Assembly: GCA_046314355.1 (NCBI GenBank)
Contig: JBKBWQ010000001.1
Location: forward strand, 1 to 64,000
Direction of reading: 5' to 3'
From: Candidatus Altimarinota bacterium
GTDB taxonomy: Bacteria > Patescibacteriota > Gracilibacteria > 1-14-2-50-48-13
Length of the DNA: 64,000 bases
Under the pieces are notes generated by a model. The model had not been told where the DNA came from, did no database searches, and saw nothing but the letters and a program-made list of their open reading frames with translations. Shown here piece after piece: positions 1-9,810 of the stretch. The stretch's first letter is position 1, and the number at the start of each line of letters is the position of its first letter. Position numbers and translations under genes: made by a program.

Positions 1-352
1 AATGTTCTTATAAGAAATAAAGGTTCGGGTGAAGTGAAGGGTGTTTGATGACATAGGTGGTTTCTTCTTCACCTGCCGGTGGGGCGTTACTTTTGTGACC
101 AAAAGGTAACCAAAAGTCTTGGGGGAGGAGAAAAGCGTCTGGCAGAAAGGGTGCTTTCTAAGAGTAATCAGACGCTTCTCCTCCCCCAAACCCCCAGGGA
201 CGGTGCGGTCTAGATGAGGGCTCGAGTTACAGTAACTATGCACCCAGGCGATGTCCCTGCGGTACATGTCATAGGCTCAAGGTGGAGAAGAGCTAAGAGC
301 CATCCCCCTGAGAAGGGGGACACAGGGGGTTTGAGCCCGAGGAACTCTCATC
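1..352. repeat. Mosaic palindromic intergenic repeat, copy 1 (may extend beyond window start)
   Basis: Near-identical to 2671-3000 and similar to 34715-35001 and 42490-42767; long stem ttgggggaggagaaaagcgtctg...cagacgcttctcctcccccaa and hairpin ccccctgagaaggggga. Confidence 0.9.
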
Positions 353-368
353 ACTTCGTCTAGGTGAG

Positions 369-425
369 TGCCATCCCGTTCGAAAGACAGTTCTTTAGCT
401 TTCAAAGATTGCCCCAACTGGATCC
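369..425. repeat. REP-like element (g[ct]catcccgttcga...caac[tg]ggatcc family)
   Basis: Ends match 27606-27661. Confidence 0.6.
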
Positions 426-501
426 CGCACACTTTTTAAGTGGTATAAGAAAAGAGGCTCTCGATCGAGAATCTCTTTTCTTATACTTCCTCTTATTTCT
501 T

Positions 502-1887
502 TTACTTTACAATGATGAGCTGCATTGAATCCAATGCTTCTCCTGCGTTTGAAGGGTAGAAAATAACTATTTTATCTCCTGCCTTAAGGCTTTTATTAGT
601 CTTTAATACTTCTAGGGATTCTCCGATTCGGAGGTTTTCCTTTGATGCTTTTACTGTAGTTTCTACGCCTCTCATGAGGGATGCGTAGGCTGCTGTATCT
701 ATACTTCTTGTCACTAGTTTGATTGGAGTGATAGGTCGCATAGCGTCGAGTAGACGGATATGGTTGAGATCATCGGACATAAGTACGAGTGCCTTTACTT
801 TCATTCCTTCTGCATATTCTACTCCTGCTCTAAAGAGTTCCCACTCTGGGTCTTCTGTTCCTTTCGGAAATTGAGAGAGAGTATTTTTATTATTCTGCTC
901 CACTTCCTTTGCTATATTGGTCATCACCTCTATACATTTTACAGGAAATTTTCCTACTGTGGATTCATCAGAGAGCATGATGCAGTCTACTTGTCCAAAT
1001 ACTGCATTAGCCACATCAGTGACTTCAGCCCTTGTTGGAGTAGGTTCTGATACCATGCTAAGAAGCATCTGTGTTGCCATGATTACCGGCTTCTGTGCAA
1101 GTATTGCTTTGCTCATAAGCATTTCCTGAACTGTTGCAACCTTATAATATGGTATTTCTACACTGAGATCCCCTCGAGCGATCATGATAGCATCAGTGGC
1201 ATGAAGGATCTCATCTATGTTCTCCACGGCAGTGTGAGATTCTATTTTTGCAATAATAGGGATATATCTATCCGTATGTTTTGCGATTTCTTCTCTTACC
1301 TTTTCTATATCTTCTGCGGTATTTACAAAACTTGCAGCAATGATGTCGATACCAGCTCCAATACCAAAGGCAATATCTTTTTTATCCTGTTCTCCAAGAA
1401 TCGGAAGTGTAACATGTACTCCAGGAAGATTCACATGGCGTTTAGCAGTAAGTACTCCGCTGTTGAGCATTTTGATGACAAGCATATCAGTCTTCTTTTC
1501 TGTGACCTTTGCCTGTATCTTTCCTCCGTCGAGCTGTATAAGCTGTCCTTTTTTACAATCTCGCACTATATATTCATAACTCACCGGGATATCACACATA
1601 ATACTCATATGAGCCATTGTATAATTTGTACCTTGCTTCACTGTAAGAGCCTGCATATCTCCTGAGGTTCGTATTTCTGGTCCTTTTGTATCAAGCATGA
1701 TTGAGAGTTTGTGAACTCTTGTTTCGTTAATCTCCTGCACACGTTTGATAACATTTCCAAACCACTCATATGTTCCGTGAGAAAAGTTGAGACGTATTAT
1801 GTCTACTCCCTCTGAAGCAAGCCTCTTCAGTACTTGAGAAGCTTCTGATACTGGACCGATTGTTGCTATGATTTTTGTTTTTTTCAT
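502..1887 (-). CDS. pyk: Pyruvate kinase
   Basis: KTKIIATIGP, RLNFSHG, DTKGPEIRT, MIARGDL, ATQML motifs. Confidence 0.97.
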   Translation of the reverse strand: MKKTKIIATIGPVSEASQVLKRLASEGVDIIRLNFSHGTYEWFGNVIKRVQEINETRVHKLSIMLDTKGPEIRTSGDMQALTVKQGTNYTMAHMSIMCDIPVSYEYIVRDCKKGQLIQLDGGKIQAKVTEKKTDMLVIKMLNSGVLTAKRHVNLPGVHVTLPILGEQDKKDIAFGIGAGIDIIAASFVNTAEDIEKVREEIAKHTDRYIPIIAKIESHTAVENIDEILHATDAIMIARGDLSVEIPYYKVATVQEMLMSKAILAQKPVIMATQMLLSMVSEPTPTRAEVTDVANAVFGQVDCIMLSDESTVGKFPVKCIEVMTNIAKEVEQNNKNTLSQFPKGTEDPEWELFRAGVEYAEGMKVKALVLMSDDLNHIRLLDAMRPITPIKLVTRSIDTAAYASLMRGVETTVKASKENLRIGESLEVLKTNKSLKAGDKIVIFYPSNAGEALDSMQLIIVK

Positions 1888-1930
1888 AAAGTTTTAAATT
1901 GAATATTTGAAAATTTGACACTAGAAAATA

Positions 1931-2158
1931 TTACGCAGGCTTTGATTCTTGTCCAGGTGACTTTTCGTGAAATGAATTTTCGAGTTCATTGAGCAGATCC
2001 TCAGCCATTGGTATTTCCTCCTGCTGCTTTACTCTTTCTGATTCTGCTCTTATCTTATCAGCCTTTGCATAAGATGCTTTCAGCTTCATTTTCTGAGCCT
2101 TGGAAAGCGGCCTACCTGGCTGTATTCTGTGTGATCCCACAAATGGTTCTATGCTCAT
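1931..2158 (-). CDS. Hypothetical protein (75 aa)
   Basis: ORF co-oriented between 2162 ORF and pyk; charged helical composition. Confidence 0.6.
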   Translation of the reverse strand: MSIEPFVGSHRIQPGRPLSKAQKMKLKASYAKADKIRAESERVKQQEEIPMAEDLLNELENSFHEKSPGQESKPA

Positions 2159-2161
2159 AGA

Positions 2162-2536
2162 CTATATAATGAAAATATCTCCAAGATCTTTTTCATACTT
2201 TTCCTTATATTTCCAGATCATTTGTACCGTATACTCCGTCTGAAATGTCTCATGCTCATCACGCTCCAGCAGACCCTGAAGTGCACGAAGATATCCTGCC
2301 AGCACTCCTGCTGCCATATCAATCTTTCCCTGATCCAATTCATTTAGAAGTTGATAGTTTGCCTGATTGATAAGAGTGGAAGGTGTGACAAGATTGACTT
2401 TGTGCTCAGTGAGAAGTCCTTGTAAGAGATGCAGGTATGCCTGTACCTGTAACGCATTAAGCTGTTCAACCTTGGAAGGTTTCCCAAGTGCGATCTGTTC
2501 ATCTTCTGTAAGTATTCTGTCTGTGGAGTCTTCCAT
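2162..2536 (-). CDS. Hypothetical protein (124 aa)
   Basis: ORF with 3-nt spacing to next gene; protein-like composition. Confidence 0.7.
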   Translation of the reverse strand: MEDSTDRILTEDEQIALGKPSKVEQLNALQVQAYLHLLQGLLTEHKVNLVTPSTLINQANYQLLNELDQGKIDMAAGVLAGYLRALQGLLERDEHETFQTEYTVQMIWKYKEKYEKDLGDIFII

Positions 2537-2597
2537 AGGAAAAAGTTAGAGGATCTTTTCATTATAGCATAGATCTTGTCTTTTGTGATCAAAAATG

Positions 2598-2624
2598 TGG
2601 CATTCCCGCGCATGCGGGAACCCA
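2598..2624. repeat. REP-like palindrome cattcccgcgcatgcgggaa
   Basis: ttcccgc-gcat-gcgggaa hairpin; same gtcatt/ggcatt-prefixed style as 11776 and 36352 elements. Confidence 0.6.
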
Positions 2625-2670
2625 TTGTAGGGTATTGGTTTATACAACGAGTGTTCTTATAGTGTTCACA

Positions 2671-3000
2671 AATCCTTTTATAAGAGATAGAGGTGTGGGT
2701 GAGATGAAGAGTGTTTGTTGACATAGGTGGTTTCTTCTTCACCTGCCGGTGGGGCGTTACTTTTGTGACCAAAAGGTAACCAAAAGTCTTGGGGGAGGAG
2801 AAAAGCGTCTGGTAGAGGGGGTGCTTTCTAAGAGTAATCAGACGCTTCTCCTCCCCCAAACCCCCAGGGACGGTGCGGTCTAGATGAGGGCTCGAGTGAC
2901 TAGTGACGGTCACTAGTCACTACACAGCCAGGCGATGTACCTGCGGTACATGTCATAGGCTCAAGGGGGATACAGGGGGTTGGGCCCAGAGACTCTCATC
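2671..3000. repeat. Mosaic palindromic intergenic repeat, copy 2
   Basis: Aligns with 1-352; internal gtgactagtgacggtcactagtcac palindrome. Confidence 0.9.
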
Positions 3001-3104
3001 ATTTAGCTTCAGCGAGCGTCATTCCGTTACAAAAAAAGGGAACTATCTCTGGATAAAATAGCCCCCTTAATTACTTATTACTGTCTTACTCAATTACTTG
3101 AGCC

Positions 3105-4460
3105 CTATTTATTCACTCTCTGTAATATAAGTCCAGCGAGTCTGTGTATTTCTTCTGCATTTTTCTTAAAAGAATCTAGTCCTGAGATAGCATCTTTGAA
3201 TGCTACAAATTCGTCTGTTTTTGTAGTGATAGAAGAGATGGATGATTCTGCAAGGTCGAGTGCATCTTCTGCTAGAGCGTATTGTGCGGTCATCTGCTGA
3301 TATTCTGGAGTATCACTGTATGTGCTGAGTGTCTGGAGCAGAAGTTTCTGGTTTACAAAGGATTTTGCTGCAGAGATTTCAAGAGAAGCGTAGAGTTTTA
3401 CAATATCTTTTCTTGCCTGTAGCAGTCCAAAAAGGAATGCTTTTGTCTCTTCGTCGTTCATCGTACTTGTTGCATTAACAAGCTGATTCTTGAGAGAAGC
3501 AAGCTCATTTTTTATAGCAACAATTCTAGTTTGATAATCTCCTGGTATGATTCCAGCAATAGCTACTTTATTATTGAGCAATGTATGAATGACATCTGTC
3601 TCATTTATGAGATTATTAATAATTCCAAGAGTATCCTCTTTTGCAGCGAGCGGATCTCTTATAAGTATAAAGGGCATAACAAGATTTGCCTGTTTTCCGC
3701 TAAGTAGCGGTGAGCTTTCTAAAGATTCAAGGCTGCTTGAAAGGATAATATCTTCCTGCTCAATAGCATTTCCAAGATCAGTGTAGAGAGGGATGTTTTT
3801 CTCTACAAAGCTTCCAAGGTTATATTTTTGGATTACTATAATTCTATAGAGAAGTTCTGCTATCTGAGCACGGGTCGGATATGCGCCTGGTTCATTTAGG
3901 ATCAGCATATTTTTTTCCTTAGCGTACATCATATAGGGAAGGAACCACTCTTTTCCTGTATGCTTAGGAAAATTTACCCGGAGCTGTGCTTCGCTATAGG
4001 TAGTACTTGCGACAAGTCCAAAGGTTCTAAAAGTTATTTTTAGTATCTCTCCAAAGTTAATGAGTTCATTCCCTCGAAATGTTCCATCAGGGTAGCCGGC
4101 AATGATATTTTTATCTTTTGCAAGTGCTACATATTTTGCAAACCAGTCAGTTGCTTTTACGTCAGGAAAACCTGGCTGAGTACTGTCTGGTATTTCTTTG
4201 ATTGATGATTCCATGATCATCTTTAATGCTTCAGCACGGTTGACATAGAGGTCGGGCTGAAAGCTTCCATCTGGAAACCCTCCGATAACTCCTAGTCCTT
4301 TAAGTGTATTGATCGCAACAGAATAGGGATGATCTGTTGCCACATCAGTAAATATCTCTCCAGAGGCAGCATGTGATGTGTGAAGAGTAGTTAGGCTAAG
4401 TATACAGAATAATGCGAGTGAGAGTAGACTCTGTCGTATTCTTGGGGATGAAATATTCAT
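3105..4460 (-). CDS. Secreted S-layer homology (SLH) domain protein
   Basis: Signal peptide; FTDV..HPY..AI..L...GVIGGFPDGSFQPD..VNRAE and FPDV...WFAKYV..A...IIAGYPDGTF SLH repeats; start MNISS chosen. Confidence 0.88.
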   Translation of the reverse strand: MNISSPRIRQSLLSLALFCILSLTTLHTSHAASGEIFTDVATDHPYSVAINTLKGLGVIGGFPDGSFQPDLYVNRAEALKMIMESSIKEIPDSTQPGFPDVKATDWFAKYVALAKDKNIIAGYPDGTFRGNELINFGEILKITFRTFGLVASTTYSEAQLRVNFPKHTGKEWFLPYMMYAKEKNMLILNEPGAYPTRAQIAELLYRIIVIQKYNLGSFVEKNIPLYTDLGNAIEQEDIILSSSLESLESSPLLSGKQANLVMPFILIRDPLAAKEDTLGIINNLINETDVIHTLLNNKVAIAGIIPGDYQTRIVAIKNELASLKNQLVNATSTMNDEETKAFLFGLLQARKDIVKLYASLEISAAKSFVNQKLLLQTLSTYSDTPEYQQMTAQYALAEDALDLAESSISSITTKTDEFVAFKDAISGLDSFKKNAEEIHRLAGLILQRVNK

Positions 4461-4545
4461 GAACTTTTGCAGAAAAAAAATAAGCATACGAATGTGTGCT
4501 TATTTTATGAGAACTAGTCTTTAATGGCAAGAAATCTGCTTGTCC

Positions 4546-5346
4546 TTATTCTTCATTTATGGTTTCTCCTTCTTCCACAAGACTTGTTTCCAGCTCATCA
4601 TCACTTACTATTGTTCCAAGCCAGTCAATTCCGTAGAGCCTATAGAGCCAGCCATAGAACATTTCAAAAATACTTGAGAAAAATCCCATGGTTGCAAGTG
4701 TGACTGGCAACATAGTGAGTACTAGTATGGCAATCAACTGATCATTACTCTTTGGAAGAAGCGCCATCAAAAGCTCAGCACCAATTCCCATAAGGATACC
4801 GAACATTGCTCCGTAGAAACCTACAAGCACATGTCTAATATTATTAATAACTTCACTAACAAATATACAGAGGAGTGTAGCAAGCATAATATGTGCTCCC
4901 ACAAGGAAAGATACATTGCTTAGTTTTGCTGAACTAATAACGAGATACGCAGGCATGATAAATACAAATACAAGAAGATTTACTATCATGATCTGTACAA
5001 TAGTAGAGACTACCTTAGTATATTTTTCATGGTCGAAAAGTGAGAAACCCAAAAATGCCATGATATTTCCTGACAAAGAAGAAAGGAATGCTCCTGCCAT
5101 CAATATGAAAATATTGATTTCATTTCTTGTGATAGCTGATGCATTTTGTGAAAGTTCAGTGGCAACCTGAGCTCCTCCATTTTTAAAAAGATTAGATGCA
5201 AGCAGAAGAGTGATGACCATGACGATCGTACCTGCTATACCTCCAAAGAGACCTGCGACAGTCTTGGTTATGACATGGTAGTTGGTGATTGCCCTTGGTC
5301 CCAAAGTACGTTCCGAAAGAGTTGAGGTGGAAGAAATATCCTGCAT
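4546..5346 (-). CDS. Multi-pass membrane protein, unknown function
   Basis: About six hydrophobic segments in 266 aa. Confidence 0.8.
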   Translation of the reverse strand: MQDISSTSTLSERTLGPRAITNYHVITKTVAGLFGGIAGTIVMVITLLLASNLFKNGGAQVATELSQNASAITRNEINIFILMAGAFLSSLSGNIMAFLGFSLFDHEKYTKVVSTIVQIMIVNLLVFVFIMPAYLVISSAKLSNVSFLVGAHIMLATLLCIFVSEVINNIRHVLVGFYGAMFGILMGIGAELLMALLPKSNDQLIAILVLTMLPVTLATMGFFSSIFEMFYGWLYRLYGIDWLGTIVSDDELETSLVEEGETINEE

Positions 5347-5487
5347 AAACTATAGAAAAGTAAGAATGTTCTCTATAGTATACCATAACCACACAATAAA
5401 TTAAGAAAAAAACACTTGATATTTCATCAAAAAGCCAGTATCTTCTCTCTGTCAATTTCTAGTTTTATGAATTTTTAAGAACACCCT

Positions 5488-5760
5488 ATGTCACATAAAA
5501 AGGCCGGAGGATCCACGAAAAACGGACGAGATTCAAATTCCAAGAGACTTGGAGTAAAAGCATTTGGTAGCGAGACAGTAAGTGCAGGAAGCATTATTGT
5601 ACGTCAGAAAGGAAATAAATTCTTCCCAGGAGCAAACGTAGGTCAGGGGGTAGACTTTACTCTCTATGCAAAAACAGACGGAGTAGTAAAATTCCAGCAG
5701 AAGAGAATGAAGAAGTTTGATGGACGAATTTTTACAGATATTGTTGTAAGCGTAGAATAA
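5488..5760 (+). CDS. rpmA: 50S ribosomal protein L27
   Basis: [24 protein letters not shown] signature. Confidence 0.98.
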   Translation: MSHKKAGGSTKNGRDSNSKRLGVKAFGSETVSAGSIIVRQKGNKFFPGANVGQGVDFTLYAKTDGVVKFQQKRMKKFDGRIFTDIVVSVE

Positions 5761-5782
5761 TAGAATATCAAAACTAGAAAAT

Positions 5783-5813
5783 TTCAAAAGAGCTGTAGGG
5801 GGCTCTTTTTGAA
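5783..5813 (+). terminator. Intrinsic terminator after rpmA
   Basis: aaaagagc...gctctttt stem with T-run. Confidence 0.7.
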
Positions 5814-5850
5814 TGTTTGGTTCGTAATATAGGTATATTTTATAAACTCA

Positions 5851-5913
5851 AGGATAAGGATTAGGATAGGGCGGACTACCCTAATTCTTATCCCTAATCC
5901 TCATCCTTATCCT
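5851..5913. repeat. Inverted hexamer (GGATAA/GGATTA) microsatellite hairpin
   Basis: aggataaggattaggataggg followed by ccctaattcttatccctaatcctcatccttatcct. Confidence 0.7.
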
Positions 5914-5923
5914 TTCCCAACCC

Positions 5924-6226
5924 ATGGAAATCTCATCAAAATTATCTGACTATAAAAGGTATCTGTGTACACACGGATCCCTTTCGCTTGTTATTCGTCT
6001 TTCTCCCGCCATTTCTCCTTCCAAAATAAAGGAAATTGTCACTGAAAATATTGATGGAAAAGACATTGAGCTTTGGAGAATTCAAGTAAGTGCTCCTGCC
6101 GAAGACGACCGGGCAAATAAGGAACTTAAAAACCTCCTGAGTTCTTTATTTGACGTACGTAAAAATAACATTAATATCGAGAGCGGTAAACATGCCCGTG
6201 ACAAGATTGTACGGATTGACCTTTAA
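5924..6226 (+). CDS. DUF167 (YggU/UPF0235) family protein
   Basis: IQVSAPAEDDRANKEL...I.IESG..ARDKIV pattern. Confidence 0.85.
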   Translation: MEISSKLSDYKRYLCTHGSLSLVIRLSPAISPSKIKEIVTENIDGKDIELWRIQVSAPAEDDRANKELKNLLSSLFDVRKNNINIESGKHARDKIVRIDL

Positions 6227-6251
6227 TTACTTCTTATATTCCAGATACGCT

Positions 6252-6338
6252 ATGAATAACAAATTCAGTAAAGCAGTTGTAGTGGTAGTACTTATTGTAT
6301 TTGTTATTGGCTCACTCGCTGTATATTTCCCTTGGTAA
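6252..6338 (+). CDS. Small single-pass membrane protein (28 aa)
   Basis: MNNKFSKAVVVVVLIVFVIGSLAVYFPW: basic N-terminus plus one TM helix; fills the gap exactly. Confidence 0.5.
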   Translation: MNNKFSKAVVVVVLIVFVIGSLAVYFPW

Positions 6339-6938
6339 TTAGATACCTCCGTTGGCAGTCTGTTCGTAGATAAGTCTAATGACGGAGTATACGATATTGT
6401 AGGAGAAAATAATTCCAACTAGTCCTATAAGTGACCAGGTAATAGCTTTCACAGCTTTACCGGTTTTTCCTGTATCTCCCTTTGAAGAAATATAAAGATA
6501 AGAGTTATATAAGATGTTGATCATGGCTACAAGTCCGGCAATACTCGCGATAATACCTGCTACAAAAGAAATGAGCGCGGGTATTCCAGCATTGTTTGGA
6601 TCATCAAGTATCTGTTGTTTAAAGCTGTTAGGCAAAAGATCTGGAGCATTTGATGGCCTCAGCATATTTAGCGTTGAATCAATTTGGTTCTTTGCATTGT
6701 TTCTGAATTCGGCATTGATGTCTGCTGAACCTGGACAACCTTTTGGAAGAGCATAAGTATTATTACTGCATGGATCAACAGTAGGGGTAGGGGTGGGAGT
6801 AGGATTAGGATTAGGATTAGGAATACCTTGGTCTGTACCGGCACTATCTATGACATCAAGTACATCTGCATATGCATTAGGTAATGTATAGCCTGATAAG
6901 AGAACTATTATTACAGATATTAGAAATTTATTTCTCAT
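6339..6938 (-). CDS. T4SS/VirB2-like pilin (CPR type) with Pro-Asn/Pro-Thr linker
   Basis: Signal peptide; C-terminal TM-(YISSKGD..K..KA.KAI.WSLIGL)-TM pilin pattern. Confidence 0.75.
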   Translation of the reverse strand: MRNKFLISVIIVLLSGYTLPNAYADVLDVIDSAGTDQGIPNPNPNPTPTPTPTVDPCSNNTYALPKGCPGSADINAEFRNNAKNQIDSTLNMLRPSNAPDLLPNSFKQQILDDPNNAGIPALISFVAGIIASIAGLVAMINILYNSYLYISSKGDTGKTGKAVKAITWSLIGLVGIIFSYNIVYSVIRLIYEQTANGGI

Positions 6939-6939
6939 A

Positions 6940-7425
6940 TTATGTTCCAAGGTTAATATCAAGTACAAGACGGACGATAATCCATGCGCTTCCGATCAGT
7001 ACTATACCAATAGCTGCATAGATGATTGCCATGATTCCATTTTTGAATTTTGCAGCATCTCCTTTGGAAAATAGCACACTGATTCCAGCTCTGAGTGCAA
7101 CTATGACAGAGATGATAGAAAAGAATCCAAATATGATATCTGCGATTCTTTTTGGTCCTACATCTAGGAGTTGGACATTTCCTGCTCCTTTTAGATCATA
7201 TGCAGGAGAGGTTTTTCCATCTTCAAGGTAATTCTTTACTTTGGGAGGAAGGGGCACTAATAGTTTGTCGTCATCCCGTAATCCAGGGGTTGTTATACGG
7301 GGAGGAATATTTGTATTACCATTAGGCGTAGCTGCTGCCATTGCATACATCGTAGTAAAGCTCATAGTAAAAATTACTATGAGGAGTGTGACAAAAAAGA
7401 TAAATGATCTGTAGAGAGTATGCAT
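6940..7425 (-). CDS. T4SS/VirB2-like pilin (CPR type)
   Basis: AGISVLFSKGDAAKFKNGIMAIIYAAIGIVLI pilin pattern. Confidence 0.78.
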   Translation of the reverse strand: MHTLYRSFIFFVTLLIVIFTMSFTTMYAMAAATPNGNTNIPPRITTPGLRDDDKLLVPLPPKVKNYLEDGKTSPAYDLKGAGNVQLLDVGPKRIADIIFGFFSIISVIVALRAGISVLFSKGDAAKFKNGIMAIIYAAIGIVLIGSAWIIVRLVLDINLGT

Positions 7426-7427
7426 AT

Positions 7428-8054
7428 TTAAAATAAATTAAAGTTACTCGCAATACTGACAAGTATAAACGAAAGTGTTGCAATAACGAGACCTATAGAA
7501 GCTGAGATAATAGTTTTTTCAGCGGCTTTTGCTTTTTCTGCATTACCCTGAGAAAGTACAAGCTGTATACCTGCCTCAACTATAAAGAAAAACGCGACGA
7601 GTCCCATGATACCGATAGACCAACTGATTAGGTAAGGTACAAGTCTTCCTAAAACTAAATTACCTGTATCAAGAGCATCACCATCCTGACATCCAGGAAG
7701 TATGCCGATTCCGCCTTCTCCACGTTCTCCGCAGTTTATGATAGGTCGCCCTGATTCTGGTGCCGGATCTGTTGTTATTATATTTGGTGCTGCTGCGCCG
7801 GCACCTGTACTTGCCGCTGCGCCTGATACCGCTCCTGAAACCTGTTGAGATGGCGCAGTAACATCAGACCCATAAGGGTTAGTACCCTGACATGGATCCG
7901 AAGAGTCCTTTGCTTCATGTCCAGTGTAGGAGACACAAGGTGTAGCTGCTGCATAAGCAAAATCCATAGTGAGAAATCCTCCTATGGAAAATGTGAGCAT
8001 TAGTATGCTTTCTAGAAGAACTAGTGTATATTTTTTTGGTATAAATTTTCTCAT
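7428..8054 (-). CDS. T4SS/VirB2-like pilin (CPR type) with Cys-containing N-terminal extension
   Basis: AGIQLVLSQGNAEKAKAAEKTIISASIGLVIA pilin pattern. Confidence 0.78.
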   Translation of the reverse strand: MRKFIPKKYTLVLLESILMLTFSIGGFLTMDFAYAAATPCVSYTGHEAKDSSDPCQGTNPYGSDVTAPSQQVSGAVSGAAASTGAGAAAPNIITTDPAPESGRPIINCGERGEGGIGILPGCQDGDALDTGNLVLGRLVPYLISWSIGIMGLVAFFFIVEAGIQLVLSQGNAEKAKAAEKTIISASIGLVIATLSFILVSIASNFNLF

Positions 8055-8137
8055 TGGAGATTTATGAATACTACTATTCCTTGTAGTATACCATTTTTCT
8101 GAGTATAGTACAAACACTTGATTTTGGTTTTTTCACT

Positions 8138-9586
8138 ATGTCCCGACAATCTTCGTTATATAAGAATGCTATCTCCTTTTGCTATAAACTTCTCTCTGAA
8201 CTGCCGGATGCAGCAAAAGATACAGAGTTGTATAAAACTCTAGAAAAGGAGATTTATGAGTATGCAAAAGATATTTCTGTACTTCTAGTACGGTATCTTG
8301 AGCCAAAGAATGAAAAGTATCACCCAATATTAGAAGCAAGAACTGAAGAGATGTGTGTAGCACTTGAGACATATATCGATCTGTTTGAAAGAGAGAAAAT
8401 GCTTACTGAAAAGGAAAGTGCAGTACTTATCAAAGAAATTCAGGAATTCTGCGCTGATCAGAAACAGCTCATCCTAAAACGTAAGAAGGTTGTGATACTT
8501 ACTACGACGTTCGGATATGGTCACAACGCTGCAGCTCATGCTCTCAAGAATGCTATGCTAGAGATGTATGGATACGACGTAGAGATTGCCGTGGTGGATC
8601 TTTTGAAAGGTTCCAATTCTCTCTATGAGACTTCAGTGAAATATACGCCTGGTGTGTATAGATGGCTTTTCGAATCTACGGATACAGATATGGCCATGGA
8701 TGTTATGAATTCCATTGTACAGCCTGTACTAGGCGCACGGCTTGAGAATCTCGTACGTGAAGAGGATCCGGATATTATTGTCTCCACCTATCCGCTTCTC
8801 GGAGCACAGCAGTGGATCGCGGATAAACTTCGGAAAAGTCCTAAATATATACCGTTGGTGCTTGTGGTGACAGACTCTATATCTGTTCATCAAATGTGGA
8901 TTACAGAAGATATAGATTATTATATTGTGCCAAATGAAGATACAAAGGAGATAATGGTTGAAAAAGGAGTAAAAGCTGAATGTGTAAAAGTACTTGGATT
9001 CCCTGTGAATACAAAGTTTTATGCTGATTATGATATTAAGAAAGAGCGTGAAAAAGAAGGAATAGATCCTGATAAACTTACTTTCCTTGCACTGGTAAAT
9101 ACTGGAGGTACACAGAAAGATGTAGAGTTCCTTTATAACTTTGAGGAAGTCTGTGGTGGAAAAGCTCAATGTATGATGATCCTTGGGAAAAATGAACAGT
9201 TGTATAAAAAACTTTTGAAAAAGAATCTGGGACCCAACGTAAAGCTCTATACATGGGTAGGAGATATGTACCGCCTAATGAATATAGCTGATGTTATGAT
9301 AGCAAAGGCAGGAGGGGCCATCACTATGGAATGTATTGCAGTAAAGAAACCGATGATCATTACAAAAGTACTTCCAGGACAAGAGGAGGGAAATGCAGAG
9401 ACCGTATTAAAGTACGGACTAGGTGATGTGATCAAAGATGGAGATCCTGAAGAAGTCCTCGCAGTTATGAAGAGCTATACCGATCATCCAAAACTTGTGG
9501 AGGATGTAAAAAAGAATTTTGATGGAATTACGATACCAAGAGCAACGTTTAAGGTGGCAGAGTTTGTGAAGGGATTGATGAAATAA
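8138..9586 (+). CDS. MGDG-synthase/UgtP-like GT28 glycosyltransferase with extra N-terminal helical domain
   Basis: FGYGHNAAA, PDIIVSTYP, KAGGAITMEC, PGQEEGNA motifs. Confidence 0.9.
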   Translation: MSRQSSLYKNAISFCYKLLSELPDAAKDTELYKTLEKEIYEYAKDISVLLVRYLEPKNEKYHPILEARTEEMCVALETYIDLFEREKMLTEKESAVLIKEIQEFCADQKQLILKRKKVVILTTTFGYGHNAAAHALKNAMLEMYGYDVEIAVVDLLKGSNSLYETSVKYTPGVYRWLFESTDTDMAMDVMNSIVQPVLGARLENLVREEDPDIIVSTYPLLGAQQWIADKLRKSPKYIPLVLVVTDSISVHQMWITEDIDYYIVPNEDTKEIMVEKGVKAECVKVLGFPVNTKFYADYDIKKEREKEGIDPDKLTFLALVNTGGTQKDVEFLYNFEEVCGGKAQCMMILGKNEQLYKKLLKKNLGPNVKLYTWVGDMYRLMNIADVMIAKAGGAITMECIAVKKPMIITKVLPGQEEGNAETVLKYGLGDVIKDGDPEEVLAVMKSYTDHPKLVEDVKKNFDGITIPRATFKVAEFVKGLMK

Positions 9587-9683
9587 TTGGGCGCATATTA
9601 TTGGACTCAATAATTGAGCTCAATAATTGTAGCCTCAGTAATGAGTCCCAAATTATCGAGCCTAAATCACTGAGCCCAAAATT
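9582..9683. repeat. Degenerate 13-14 bp tandem repeat (about 7 units, consensus aataattgagcyc)
   Basis: aataattgggcgc/atattattggactc/aataattgagctc/aataattgtagcctc/agtaatgagtccc/aaattatcgagcct/aaatcactgagccc. Confidence 0.7.
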
Positions 9684-9810
9684 CCCTTGCACTTTTCAAA
9701 AATCTCCGTAGGATAGAACAGTATATTCTGGCAAGAATAGAACCTTTTCCTGCCTTTGCAGGAATGATGATGGAAAATGTATTATTTACTTTTATTTTCA
9801 CAGAGACCGT

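Noticed and set aside
2344-2913. 189-aa ORF and the similar ORFs at 34564-34842, 34748-34948 and 42717-42923
   Set aside because: They are translations of the mosaic palindromic repeat; their similarity reflects the DNA repeat, not a protein family
9582-9683. Possible CRISPR array
   Set aside because: Units are 13-14 bp, degenerate and have no spacers; no cas genes in the window
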